Source of the DNA: Candidatus Poribacteria bacterium
GTDB lineage: Bacteria; Poribacteria; WGA-4E; WGA-3G
Assembly: GCA_963667365.1 (NCBI GenBank)
Contig: OY763324.1
Span: forward strand, 3,921,829 to 3,985,828
Length of the DNA stretch: 64,000 bases
Reading direction: 5' to 3'
The notes below the pieces were generated by a model. It worked only from the letters and a program-made list of their open reading frames with translations, did no database searches and was not told where the DNA came from. Every line of letters starts with the position of its first letter. Position 1 is the stretch's first letter. Positions 51,053-60,883 of this stretch are shown here, in pieces. The translations under genes and the position numbers were made by a program.

Positions 51053-51538
51053 ATGAATATGGAGATTCCATTTTTGAATAATTGTAAAGTTGAAGTATTT
51101 TATAAACCTGAAGTGCCTGATACTGTTGGACAAGGTATAGTTGAAGATATAAACGATCTTGGAATCAGTGGTATCGAGTCTGTCCGTGTCGCTGCGGTTT
51201 ACTGGATTAAAGGTTCTCTCAATACACAAATAATTGAGCGAATTTGTTCTGAACTCCTTGCCGACCCTATCACACAAACATACACCTATGGTAATACCAC
51301 CGACGATGCATCAAGTTGGACACTTGAAGTACAATTCAAACCTGGGGTTACAGATGCTGTAGGTGATAGTACGGTTAAAGGGATTCAGGACCTTGGAATC
51401 ACTGATGTTACTGCTGTAAGGACTGGACAAAAGTACTGGTTGACGGGTGCACTGACCGCGGAGATTGTTGAGACTATTGCTCAGCAGCTGCTCATGAATG
51501 ATGTCATCCAAACATACTCCTATCAAGAACCTACATAA
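51053..51538 (+). CDS. purS: tandem PurS-domain protein (FGAM synthase subunit)
   Basis: Two repeats of EVxxKPxVxDxVG..I.DLGI...VR....YW..G.L.....E.I...LL...I.QTY. Confidence 0.75.
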   Translation: MNMEIPFLNNCKVEVFYKPEVPDTVGQGIVEDINDLGISGIESVRVAAVYWIKGSLNTQIIERICSELLADPITQTYTYGNTTDDASSWTLEVQFKPGVTDAVGDSTVKGIQDLGITDVTAVRTGQKYWLTGALTAEIVETIAQQLLMNDVIQTYSYQEPT

Positions 51539-51548
51539 TTACAGAAAT

Positions 51549-52391
51549 TTACATACTGGCATATACCCGAATTACTGTGCCTAAGTGCAATCTAACAAGC
51601 ATTGCAGTAGTGATTTGACGCATAACGAAATTGACACTTGTTGATGGATTAACGCGCTTTGGTTTCCCCAACCTTATGTTACGAAAACCGTGTTTTTGAA
51701 GCAATTTTGGTAAGGATTGTGACGAAAAATAGTAAAGATGATCATGGGGATGGACGTAGGGCCAATCTGCTTTCTGAAGTCTACTCTGCAACCCCCCACC
51801 GTTTGGAACTTCAATAACCAATGTACTTGCTTTTTCATCTTTTTTAGAAGGTTTCAAAAGTTTACCTATTTCACTGAGAAACGGATTTAGTTCAGAGATA
51901 TGTTCCAACACGTGGTATAACGTAATTACATCAAAATGTGCCTTTGAAAAACTGCTATCAAAGATGTCCCCACACTTGACATTAAGATTGTATTCCTGTT
52001 GAGCGAATGATATTCCACTTTTAGATGGATCTATTCCATACGAATCCCATCCTTGTTCTCTTGCAAGATTGAGAAACGTTCCGATCCCACAACCGACATC
52101 CAACAATCTTCCTTTCCCTTGATGCTGTTTTTCTAATTCCATAAGACGTTCCGATATCTGTAGCCATTCCATACTGTCCTGATGTATGCGTTCAACTTTG
52201 TCTGGAGGATAGTAAGTTTCTACATAACCTTCTTTCAGCGTCTGTCTGTTAATCCTCGGATTGACATAACGTAAACTACAATGTCTGCATGAAACAACCG
52301 ATAAGGAATCTTTTTTAAATAACAACTTTGTCTCATCCTGTTCACAGATGGGACAGTCAATATGTTCTAACGTACTCATGAACTTTACCAT
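51549..52391 (-). CDS. class I SAM-dependent methyltransferase with N-terminal Zn-binding Cys pairs
   Basis: CPIC..CRHC, LLDVGCGIG, FDVITLYHVLEH and IEVPN. Confidence 0.88.
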   Translation of the reverse strand: MVKFMSTLEHIDCPICEQDETKLLFKKDSLSVVSCRHCSLRYVNPRINRQTLKEGYVETYYPPDKVERIHQDSMEWLQISERLMELEKQHQGKGRLLDVGCGIGTFLNLAREQGWDSYGIDPSKSGISFAQQEYNLNVKCGDIFDSSFSKAHFDVITLYHVLEHISELNPFLSEIGKLLKPSKKDEKASTLVIEVPNGGGLQSRLQKADWPYVHPHDHLYYFSSQSLPKLLQKHGFRNIRLGKPKRVNPSTSVNFVMRQITTAMLVRLHLGTVIRVYASM

Positions 52392-52403
52392 TCTTTTGTT
52401 CTG

Positions 52404-53375
52404 TTAAAAAAGTGGTAAACCTTGTGCTTCTACATAAACTGAATAGAGTGATTGACTACCGGTCATAAAGAGTCTATTTCGTTTTACACCACCGAAACAA
52501 AGGTTGGAACATATCTCTGGAAGATGTATCTTACCGATAAGTGTGCCATCAGGAGCAAAAATATGGACACCGTCATAACCGTCACCAACCCAACCTGCAC
52601 TCGCCCATAAATTGCCATCAACATCACATCTTATTCCATCAGCAATACCGGGTGACATATCACAGAAAGTCCGTTTGTTATCAATTCTTTCGTCGTTAAC
52701 GACATCAAAGACATAGATGTTTCTGGGTGTTCCTTCCTTATGTGTAACCCCAGTGTCAACCACATAGAGTTTATCATAGTTAGGTGAAAAACAGATCCCA
52801 TTTGGTTTTTCAAGTTCTTCTGTTACAACTATTGCTTCACCGGTATCAGGGTCCAGACGATATACAGCAGTTGGCAATTCAAACTCAGCAATATGTCCTT
52901 CGTAATTGAGCATAATCCCATATCCTGGATCAGTAAACCAAATATGTCCATCAGGGTGAACAGCTACATCATTTGGTGCATTTAGCTTTCTGTTGTTATA
53001 CGTGTCCATTAACACAGTAACAGTTCCATCATATTCGGTTCGTGTGACTCTACGTGTACCGTGTTCACAACTTATCAGTCGTCCCTGACGATCGCGAGTG
53101 TGTCCGTTGCTATAATTTGATGGTTGACGATAGACACTAACTTTGTCGTTTGCTTCTTCCCATTTGAGGATACGGTTGTTTGGTATATCGCTCCAAAGGA
53201 GATATCCACCATCTCCAAACCAGACAGGACCTTCCGACCATCGCGCGCCTGTCCACAGCCGTTCTACAACAGAATTCCCGATTTTGTATCTTGCAAAACG
53301 GGAATCTATAACTTCAATCGCTGGATCTGGGTAACGTGTAATTGTACCATCCCATTTTCTACCAGATTCACTCAT
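52404..53375 (-). CDS. SMP-30/gluconolactonase family protein
   Basis: WSEGPVW, LNAPND, WFTDPGYG, KPNGICFSP and ADGIRCD. Confidence 0.92.
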   Translation of the reverse strand: MSESGRKWDGTITRYPDPAIEVIDSRFARYKIGNSVVERLWTGARWSEGPVWFGDGGYLLWSDIPNNRILKWEEANDKVSVYRQPSNYSNGHTRDRQGRLISCEHGTRRVTRTEYDGTVTVLMDTYNNRKLNAPNDVAVHPDGHIWFTDPGYGIMLNYEGHIAEFELPTAVYRLDPDTGEAIVVTEELEKPNGICFSPNYDKLYVVDTGVTHKEGTPRNIYVFDVVNDERIDNKRTFCDMSPGIADGIRCDVDGNLWASAGWVGDGYDGVHIFAPDGTLIGKIHLPEICSNLCFGGVKRNRLFMTGSQSLYSVYVEAQGLPLF

Positions 53376-53458
53376 GTATTATTCCTCCAAGAATCACTAA
53401 TCTCATTGTGTAGTATATCATAAGAATATCTTTATTTCATTAGATTAGAATAGGTAGA

Positions 53459-54634
53459 CTAACGACGTGCATGCTGTGATTCTGATGGTGCGCTGTATTC
53501 CACATTCAAATGCGGTGTTTCTAAACGAACATGTCCTTGATGACGGGACATCAAACAACTCTCCAGAGTACCACTTACCAACAAGGTGCGTTCTGCGGGA
53601 TACGGTGCAACACCTGTTTCAAAAAGTTCCTCAATTTTGGATACAAGACATGCAGAATATGTAACATTGGGCGTAGGTGTTAGGAAAAACTGTGTTGATA
53701 TAGGTACTATTTGATCCTTAAGTTTTCCGGCGAAGCAGTAATCACGTACTGCTCCATTGAGCATCAGAAGTGTTGCATTGAATCCATCGTTATATTCAAT
53801 GAAATAAGCAGAGGGATTTTCCACAAGACGAAAAAGTTCTCTATTTCGGATCAGATCTTGTGTTCTACCGTCCTCATCTGTTAAACCACAAGGTGTATCA
53901 CTTCTGGAGAGTACGGCTTCCAACAATTCCATTGACCAGCGTCCATCTTTACCTGCTTTCCAAACACCCTCGCCATCAATCAATTGCACAGCGGCAACAC
54001 CTGTTTCTCCTCCCTTTCTGCGTTCAACCATACATTGCATCGCCTCCAATGCGTGATAATCCATTGGGTCAGAACCACCAACACCAATCATGAGAGCATC
54101 TTCAAGTTCACATTCTAATGGTAAGTCTACATCTGGCAAACGCCATGTTACAGGTAATGATGAACCGGCAAGCAATCCGAAACCAATCCGGTTTGCGTCG
54201 TCTACCATCTCCTTTGCTTTACTAAAACTGTAAGAGAGATGTTTGTCGTTGAAGATTGGGACGGAACGTCCATCTTTCTCAAATACATCAACACATTGCT
54301 TGAAAAATTCGTATCGTGGATATAATACTTGACTCATTTCATTGTGTGGATAATCGCCATGTTCACCAATTAATAGCACTGCATCAACAGCAAGTTCATC
54401 AGCACCACAACGTAGTGCTTCAGCAATCGTAGGATAGACTGAAAAGCCAAATTCTCTTGAGCGGTCGATGCTCTGGTCACCCTCTGGTTTCTGATCTACA
54501 AACATAGATACAACTTTCATATTTGGATGATGCCATTTTCCTTCTTTTGGGTAACCTACCAGAAATCGGTCTGCAAAGTGTTGTGCATGTGTTAGATAAC
54601 GGTAAATTGTAGTTATAACGGCAATTCGTTTCAT
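53459..54634 (-). CDS. uncharacterised protein, paralog of 54639..55832
   Basis: Shares LLIGEHG.YP.NE, PIFNDKHLS, AGSSLPVTWR and HALE..QCMVERR with its neighbour. ATG 54634 (MKRIAVITT) follows a GGAGG. Confidence 0.75.
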   Translation of the reverse strand: MKRIAVITTIYRYLTHAQHFADRFLVGYPKEGKWHHPNMKVVSMFVDQKPEGDQSIDRSREFGFSVYPTIAEALRCGADELAVDAVLLIGEHGDYPHNEMSQVLYPRYEFFKQCVDVFEKDGRSVPIFNDKHLSYSFSKAKEMVDDANRIGFGLLAGSSLPVTWRLPDVDLPLECELEDALMIGVGGSDPMDYHALEAMQCMVERRKGGETGVAAVQLIDGEGVWKAGKDGRWSMELLEAVLSRSDTPCGLTDEDGRTQDLIRNRELFRLVENPSAYFIEYNDGFNATLLMLNGAVRDYCFAGKLKDQIVPISTQFFLTPTPNVTYSACLVSKIEELFETGVAPYPAERTLLVSGTLESCLMSRHQGHVRLETPHLNVEYSAPSESQHARR

Positions 54635-54638
54635 AGTC

Positions 54639-55832
54639 TCATGTCCTCCAGAAGGTGGAGACTTCAGTTGATTGATAATCAATGTCTAAATGTGGAGTTT
54701 CTTGTAATGTGCCATCTGCATGAAGGCTATCAACGCCTGCTGCAACTAACCCAGTCGTCAACAACGTTCGTTCAACAGGATATGTCGCTTTACCAGTCAA
54801 AAACATCTGTTCAATATTGTTTACCAAAGGTGAAAAGAAGTTTGCCAATGTTGTTCGTGCGGGTGGCATAGGCAGATACATCTGTGTTGAAAGGATTTCA
54901 TTGTCAGAACCTATGTATGCGGCGAAGTTAAAATCCTGCACTAAACCATTCATCAAAATCATGGTAGACTTCAATCCGTCATTATGTTCATATTGATAGG
55001 CAATTGGGTCTTTAACAATTTCTTTCATTTCATCTAAAGTAGGGAAAGGATTGTTAAATCCCGGACGTGATGGTGTAAGAGTATGACTTCGGCACAGTGC
55101 TGCCTCAAAGAGTTGCCTTGACCAGAATTCGGAATGATGTGCTTGCCAAAAAGCATCACCTCTGTATGCTTGTAACCATTTTACACCACTTTCCCCTCCG
55201 TTACGCCGTTCCACCATACATTGTAAGGTTTCCAGTGCATGAAAATCGTAGCTATCAACTCCTCCATAACCTACACATACTGCTTCAGATACTGACATAC
55301 CAAGCGGCATGTCTATGGACGGGGTGCGCCATGTTACTGGTAAGGAAGAACCTGCCATAAATGCGAAATCTATAGAATGAGAGATGTCATACATCTCACG
55401 CGCCCACTCCCAATTCCATGAAAGGTGTTTGTCATTGAATATTGGTACTCCGCGTCCACTATGTTCAAATACCTCAACTATCTGCATGAAATGCTCATAA
55501 CGAGGATAGAGACGTTGTCCTTTCTCATTACTGGGATATTCACCGTGTTCACCGATAAGTAGGACACCATCAACAGCCAATTCGTTGCCCCCAAGTGTCA
55601 GTGCTTCAGCGATTGTTGGATATCCCTTCATAGTTGGGAAACGTTCCAACCTATCATGACTAATGTCATTGTCCTTGATTTGTTCAACGTATAAAGAGAC
55701 GAGGTCCATCGGTGGGTAATGGTGTCGACTGTTCCAACCGTAACCTTCAAGGAACCGATCTACGATGTGCTGCGTGTGTGAGTATTTGTGATATATTGTA
55801 GCAATTGCAGCGATTTTTGGACGTTTTTCCAT
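54639..55832 (-). CDS. uncharacterised protein, paralog of 53459..54634
   Basis: Same conserved blocks as the downstream gene; 4-nt spacing between them. Confidence 0.75.
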   Translation of the reverse strand: MEKRPKIAAIATIYHKYSHTQHIVDRFLEGYGWNSRHHYPPMDLVSLYVEQIKDNDISHDRLERFPTMKGYPTIAEALTLGGNELAVDGVLLIGEHGEYPSNEKGQRLYPRYEHFMQIVEVFEHSGRGVPIFNDKHLSWNWEWAREMYDISHSIDFAFMAGSSLPVTWRTPSIDMPLGMSVSEAVCVGYGGVDSYDFHALETLQCMVERRNGGESGVKWLQAYRGDAFWQAHHSEFWSRQLFEAALCRSHTLTPSRPGFNNPFPTLDEMKEIVKDPIAYQYEHNDGLKSTMILMNGLVQDFNFAAYIGSDNEILSTQMYLPMPPARTTLANFFSPLVNNIEQMFLTGKATYPVERTLLTTGLVAAGVDSLHADGTLQETPHLDIDYQSTEVSTFWRT

Positions 55833-55855
55833 GGTTATGTTCCTTCGATGTTAAT

Positions 55856-56350
55856 TTAAGGAGATGGAATTAAAGAATCAGTATTTAACGGTTTTTCAAT
55901 CAGTTCAACTGGTGCTTGACAACAATCACAGTTCCCTGGTGCCACTGCGCGAATATAACAGGTATCGCAATAGTAATAGAGTTCATGGACAATACCCTCA
56001 ATGACAGACATCAAACTTAGTACTTCCAACAATTGTGTTTTGGGAAAGCTGCGTCCATTAACAATCAAGTCTTTCTCATGTATCCGTTTGTCAAGGAATA
56101 TTGCCTCAGATAACGATGTGCGTAGGAGTGTGAAATATTTTCCATCTTTAGTCTTAAGACCCATTAGATGATCTTGTTCTCCAGATATTTCAACTTTATA
56201 GTGCGTATTCATCTCTTCTGCTAAATTGACGATTTTGCCGTGTAGTTTTACATTCTGTGGTTTCGGTTTCTCATTTGTAGGTTTTGCACCACTCACCAGC
56301 AATACTGACATGATAATTATTGGAGTTAACACAATTATTTTACGCATCAT
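55856..56350 (-). CDS. exported protein with C-terminal Cys cluster (putative metal binding)
   Basis: Signal peptide; YYCDTC....PGNCDCC. Confidence 0.65.
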   Translation of the reverse strand: MMRKIIVLTPIIIMSVLLVSGAKPTNEKPKPQNVKLHGKIVNLAEEMNTHYKVEISGEQDHLMGLKTKDGKYFTLLRTSLSEAIFLDKRIHEKDLIVNGRSFPKTQLLEVLSLMSVIEGIVHELYYYCDTCYIRAVAPGNCDCCQAPVELIEKPLNTDSLIPSP

Positions 56351-57223
56351 CTACTCCTTTTTACTCCATCTATTTGGACCGGGACCCGGTTTATGTTCAA
56401 GTCGAATCCGCTTGAATTCTTCAGGGTCAGTTACTACATTATCTGGATGGAGTTTACTTCGTGCTAAAAAGCCTGCTTCCGGTTGGTAACCTGTCGGTTT
56501 TGCTGCATCCTGATAGCGTGAATCTACACTCCAACGAACCTGTTTACTGATGTTTGGAATGGAGCGATGCGGTGTTAGATTGGTAAATAATAGAACACTA
56601 CCGAACTTAACAGGTACAACTACGGGATCCACATCGGGTAATGCATCATCAGGAATTTCAAGATAGAATGTTTCTGATGGACGATGTATTAAAACGCCGT
56701 CACGATGCGCGTGTGGTATAACTTCAAGACAACCGTTTTCAACAGTGGCATCTATTAATGGGATCCAGATTGTAAGTTGTAACACTGAATCACACTTCGG
56801 TTCCATATATCCTGCATCTTGATGCCACGGGACTAATGTTCGGTCATGCTCAGGTAGTTTGGGACGAACACGGTAAGCAGGATGACACATAATCTCTGGA
56901 CCGACAAGTGATTCCGCAATATCAAGCAATTTATCATTAACCAGAAGTTGGAATAGTGCTGGACCAGTATGTGTACCACTAAATACTTTTTGAAATACGA
57001 CTGGAGATTGTTCAGTTATCTTTGCTAATCGAGTGTCAAATTCGAGTGTCTTAAATTCGGAGTCAATTTCGCCTTCTGCATAGAGATGGGATGCACCCGT
57101 GTCAACAATTTCTTCAAACTCGGTAATGAGAGGATTCAGGTCATCATGGGTGAGTGCATCTTCAACTAATAGGTAGCCATTCTCGTAGAATTTGCTGATC
57201 TGTGATTCAGTTAATGTAGTCAT
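56351..57223 (-). CDS. phytanoyl-CoA dioxygenase (PhyH) family protein
   Basis: FYENGYL, PWHQD, WIPLIDATVENGCL and TPHRS..RWS. Confidence 0.9.
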   Translation of the reverse strand: MTTLTESQISKFYENGYLLVEDALTHDDLNPLITEFEEIVDTGASHLYAEGEIDSEFKTLEFDTRLAKITEQSPVVFQKVFSGTHTGPALFQLLVNDKLLDIAESLVGPEIMCHPAYRVRPKLPEHDRTLVPWHQDAGYMEPKCDSVLQLTIWIPLIDATVENGCLEVIPHAHRDGVLIHRPSETFYLEIPDDALPDVDPVVVPVKFGSVLLFTNLTPHRSIPNISKQVRWSVDSRYQDAAKPTGYQPEAGFLARSKLHPDNVVTDPEEFKRIRLEHKPGPGPNRWSKKE

Positions 57224-57231
57224 AACACCTC

Positions 57232-57651
57232 TTATATCTGTACAAGTTCAATTAGAATTCCATCAGGATCTTTTGCACACACCACACCAGCTGCATCAGG
57301 GGCACTAATAGGATCTGAAAGAAATGTCACTCCGTTCCGTTTCAAGTCTTTAACAGATTTCTGAATATCTTCAACAATAAAGGTAAGCCATCGGACACCA
57401 GACGTGAACTTGTCATCTGGAGTCGGTGGAGGTGATTCAATGTCCATAAGTTTGATAAGTGTATTTCCTGCTTTGAGACGAACCTGCCGAAATCCTGTGG
57501 GTGCAAGTCCTACATTCTTTGCAAGAGTCTCTGGTATTTCCAAATCCAACACAATTTCAAAACCTAATTTATTATGATAGAAGTCCAATGATTTTTCAAA
57601 ATTGCTACATGTAATTGCGATATCCACTGTTGGGTGTGATATGTTTAGCAA
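57232..57651 (-). CDS. VOC/glyoxalase family protein
   Basis: SLDFYHNKLGF and DPDGILIELV. TTG start at 57651 after GGAGG avoids overlap with the upstream gene. Confidence 0.85.
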   Translation of the reverse strand: MLNISHPTVDIAITCSNFEKSLDFYHNKLGFEIVLDLEIPETLAKNVGLAPTGFRQVRLKAGNTLIKLMDIESPPPTPDDKFTSGVRWLTFIVEDIQKSVKDLKRNGVTFLSDPISAPDAAGVVCAKDPDGILIELVQI

Positions 57652-57655
57652 AGGT

Positions 57656-59485
57656 TTAACCTCCTGTGAAGACAAATATCGCTTCACGAAATTGACCCAA
57701 CGGTTTGTCGTTATAGATAACATCGATGGGAATGACAACTCTTCCCGATACTTTAGGATTCTGTGGAATAGGAATATTAAATTGGATGTGTCCATCAGTT
57801 TTCGGTGAGACTGTTGTTTCCGCTGCTGGTACATCAACACTCCACAGTTCAGGAAGAATAGGTTGTGCTATGACTGTGCGTGACTCGGATGAATGGTTGG
57901 TAACCATGACCTGCAAGGTTACCGTAACTCCGTGTGTAACTTCCTGTTCATAAGGAAGACATCGGACCCACTGGTCATCCATACCGTAGTTTGCGTGATC
58001 CCAAGGAAAAAGTTCGGTATAACACTTTTCTCGTTCAGCAAGGGTATCTAACATAAACTTAATTTCGTTGTCGGTAAAATCAAATGCTGGATCAACATGG
58101 CAGTTGAATATGTGTGTAGGTTGCAGTTCACGTATTAGTCGCAGACAATTATCGTAGCCCACACCTGTGCCGAGAAGATTCCGATTACCAGAACAGTAAT
58201 CATCGATACCAGCCATCGTGAAGGAATCACCAGCAAAAAACATCTTTACACCACGTCCCTCAACGAGTAATCCACCGTGGTAATAGGTCTGACCCGGAAA
58301 ATGGAATGCAGTCATAGTGAATTCATTCCATGTCCATGTATCCCCATCACATGTTGCACGATCAACCCTCGTAATAGCAGGAGAAATACATGGAAGACGG
58401 AAAGCAGTCGGCTCAGTTATAACATCAGCAACAACAGCATCTGTTATAGTTTCACATGGAAATGTTTCTTGGAATTCAGGATTAGCATTCACATGGTCGT
58501 CGTGATAGTGGGTTACCCAAAACTGGGTAACTTCTGAGATTTCCCCATCCGTTTGCAATTGCTGGATCTGTTTAATTACATTCGGTGAACCGCAATCCAT
58601 CACGAATGCTTCCCGATTTTCAGATATAATCAACCATGTTGTACCATAATGACACAAGAAACCAGGTGGTGGTTTGCCTTCACGGATAGGCATGTGGTCG
58701 GTGCGTCCTTCATATTCTGTAAAAAGTTTAGGAAAATAATGACGAAGGGCAGATATTGACACATATTTATCGTAACAATATGTCACTTGGTCAAGTAATT
58801 TGTCAATTGCAGTATCAGGATTTTTCATGACTACACCGTGCGTAGGTACAAGTGTAGTTGGGTATGACTGACGGACCTTTTCAAGACTATCCCGTATTTG
58901 ATCTCGTGCTCCAAGAAAGCCGTGATAGTCAGTTGTTTGTTGTCCCTTTTGCAAACTATATAGTTCCCAAATCTTGCCTTCATCATATATGAGATCGCCT
59001 GTGAAAGCATACCGTTGATCATCTATGTCAATAAGATAGGTAATGCTCCCATCAGTATGTCCAGGTGTTTCAAGGACGCTTATGGATGCTTTTCCCCATT
59101 CAATATGTGACTCTTCGGTATAGGTATCGGTCACGTCAATTGAGGTAGCCAACATGAGGTTGTGAGGGTGGCTGTTGTATAGATGCCATCTGTATTTTGG
59201 ATCGTTCCAGAAGGTTTCTACATTATTAAACCATGCTACTTCTGCTTCTGGAACGCCGATACTTACGTAATCAGGAAAAGGAAATCCAGCAGTGCTATCC
59301 CGATGGTGATGTGTAAATATAATTTGTTCTATGTTGGTTATACCAAGTTTTGTAAGTGTAGTATTAACAGATGTTCCGCACGGATCAATCAGAAGTGCAC
59401 ATTTCCCGTTGCGAAGAATTCCGGTATTGACATGTCCGTGATGCACATAAAGGTGTTGACTGAGTTGTGTATAGTGAGATTTCAT
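57656..59485 (-). CDS. tandem metallo-beta-lactamase fold hydrolase
   Basis: Two MBL motif sets: THHHRDS/TPGHT/FTGD and THYHDDH/FPGQT/FAGD. Confidence 0.85.
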   Translation of the reverse strand: MKSHYTQLSQHLYVHHGHVNTGILRNGKCALLIDPCGTSVNTTLTKLGITNIEQIIFTHHHRDSTAGFPFPDYVSIGVPEAEVAWFNNVETFWNDPKYRWHLYNSHPHNLMLATSIDVTDTYTEESHIEWGKASISVLETPGHTDGSITYLIDIDDQRYAFTGDLIYDEGKIWELYSLQKGQQTTDYHGFLGARDQIRDSLEKVRQSYPTTLVPTHGVVMKNPDTAIDKLLDQVTYCYDKYVSISALRHYFPKLFTEYEGRTDHMPIREGKPPPGFLCHYGTTWLIISENREAFVMDCGSPNVIKQIQQLQTDGEISEVTQFWVTHYHDDHVNANPEFQETFPCETITDAVVADVITEPTAFRLPCISPAITRVDRATCDGDTWTWNEFTMTAFHFPGQTYYHGGLLVEGRGVKMFFAGDSFTMAGIDDYCSGNRNLLGTGVGYDNCLRLIRELQPTHIFNCHVDPAFDFTDNEIKFMLDTLAEREKCYTELFPWDHANYGMDDQWVRCLPYEQEVTHGVTVTLQVMVTNHSSESRTVIAQPILPELWSVDVPAAETTVSPKTDGHIQFNIPIPQNPKVSGRVVIPIDVIYNDKPLGQFREAIFVFTGG

Positions 59486-59570
59486 AAGAATATCTGCTTT
59501 GAACTTTTTGACACCAGCGAATAAGTACAGTAATGTAAGATAGAAAGTTAGTTCACATTAATTAATTCTA

Positions 59571-60836
59571 TTATTCCACAGTTTCAGTTTTCTTTACTTG
59601 AAAATTATCCTTTTCAATGATTGCCATTTGGACTCTTTCTCTCTGACCATCACCATTTGAATTTACTTTTCTCCATTTACCAATTTCATTTTCAGAATTA
59701 GAATAAGACATGATAGCATAGTCTTTCCTTTCGTCCTCATGTTGTTTTCTATCATCTTGAATCCCGAAGAACCTCAATAAATCAAGAGGTGTGGTAATAA
59801 GTTGAAGATCATCATTCTTATATTTTTCCCAATTGGTGTATGTGACAGCTTCTCCGTTTTCCCATAACCATTTTCCCTCTATTTCAATATCGGTAATTCC
59901 AATCCAATAGGGACCTTTACCAAAAGCAGCTTCAAGCCATAACTGCTCTTTATCGCTCATGATTGTAACGAGGTATGCATTCTCTTTATCTGCTTGAACT
60001 TTTGCATCAATCCTATCAGTGCAATTGATCCTCTTATATCTGTGTCCATTTGCTGGATTTATAATCCACATTGCAGGTATATCAGTTACAGTAATTATTC
60101 GATCTGGTTGCTTATTTTCATGTTTAGGTGGTGGTTCTGTAAGTTCATCGGGATTACCATTGAGTTTTAATACAGAGGTTTTTGGTTCACTTACGTTGTT
60201 AATTAGAAACGGTCCATTTTCAGCAGAAAGACCACGATAGTGAACCGATAATGTAAAAATAAATGGTGAGTATACTGAATGTATAAAAAATCCTTCTCTA
60301 TCTGTCTTTATGGTCTGTCGGTATTTATAGTTTTCCAATCTATCCAATGTAATGCTGTCGAATTCAATTGTAAGGGATGTTTCAGTAAGCGGTTCACCGT
60401 TTTTGAATACGATTCTACCTCGAGATTTCAACCGTTCTGCTGTAATAACTTCTATGTTATTTATGATTGATCCAGGTGTAATAGTAAATGTAAATGGATC
60501 TCTTGATGAACTGTGGATATAATATGTCACTTTTCCTATTTTGATTGCCTGGATTCTTACACCCCTCTCAAGTATGCTGAGTTGAACCTGTCGTGAATGT
60601 ATGTTTGTAAGGGTGAATCGTCCTTCTGAATCTGTAATTGAGCTTGACGTTGATAGTTGAACAGTTACATCTTCAATTGGTTGACCTTGTTTATTGATTA
60701 CACGACCAGATAACGTTGACTTTGGTTCTTGTGCTATAACACCATTAGAGGAAAATAAACCAGTAACAATCAAAACAAAAAGAAATGTAAATAAATGATA
60801 ATTAAATCGGATATTAGTCATTCCGAATCTCCCCAT
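59571..60836 (-). CDS. secreted protein: carboxypeptidase-regulatory-like domain(s) plus C-type lectin domain
   Basis: Signal peptide; LSGRVINKQGQPI..TDSEGRF; NPANGHRY..YWIGITD..EGKWLWENGEAVTYTNW. Confidence 0.8.
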   Translation of the reverse strand: MGRFGMTNIRFNYHLFTFLFVLIVTGLFSSNGVIAQEPKSTLSGRVINKQGQPIEDVTVQLSTSSSITDSEGRFTLTNIHSRQVQLSILERGVRIQAIKIGKVTYYIHSSSRDPFTFTITPGSIINNIEVITAERLKSRGRIVFKNGEPLTETSLTIEFDSITLDRLENYKYRQTIKTDREGFFIHSVYSPFIFTLSVHYRGLSAENGPFLINNVSEPKTSVLKLNGNPDELTEPPPKHENKQPDRIITVTDIPAMWIINPANGHRYKRINCTDRIDAKVQADKENAYLVTIMSDKEQLWLEAAFGKGPYWIGITDIEIEGKWLWENGEAVTYTNWEKYKNDDLQLITTPLDLLRFFGIQDDRKQHEDERKDYAIMSYSNSENEIGKWRKVNSNGDGQRERVQMAIIEKDNFQVKKTETVE

Positions 60837-60883
60837 TTTGAATAGGTTTGGATATATGTCAACAACAGATTCTGAATTATGAG

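Noticed and set aside
57652-57840. N-terminal extension of the VOC ORF to 202 aa
   Set aside because: Overlaps the MBL gene; a TTG with GGAGG RBS at 57651 gives a normal-size VOC protein
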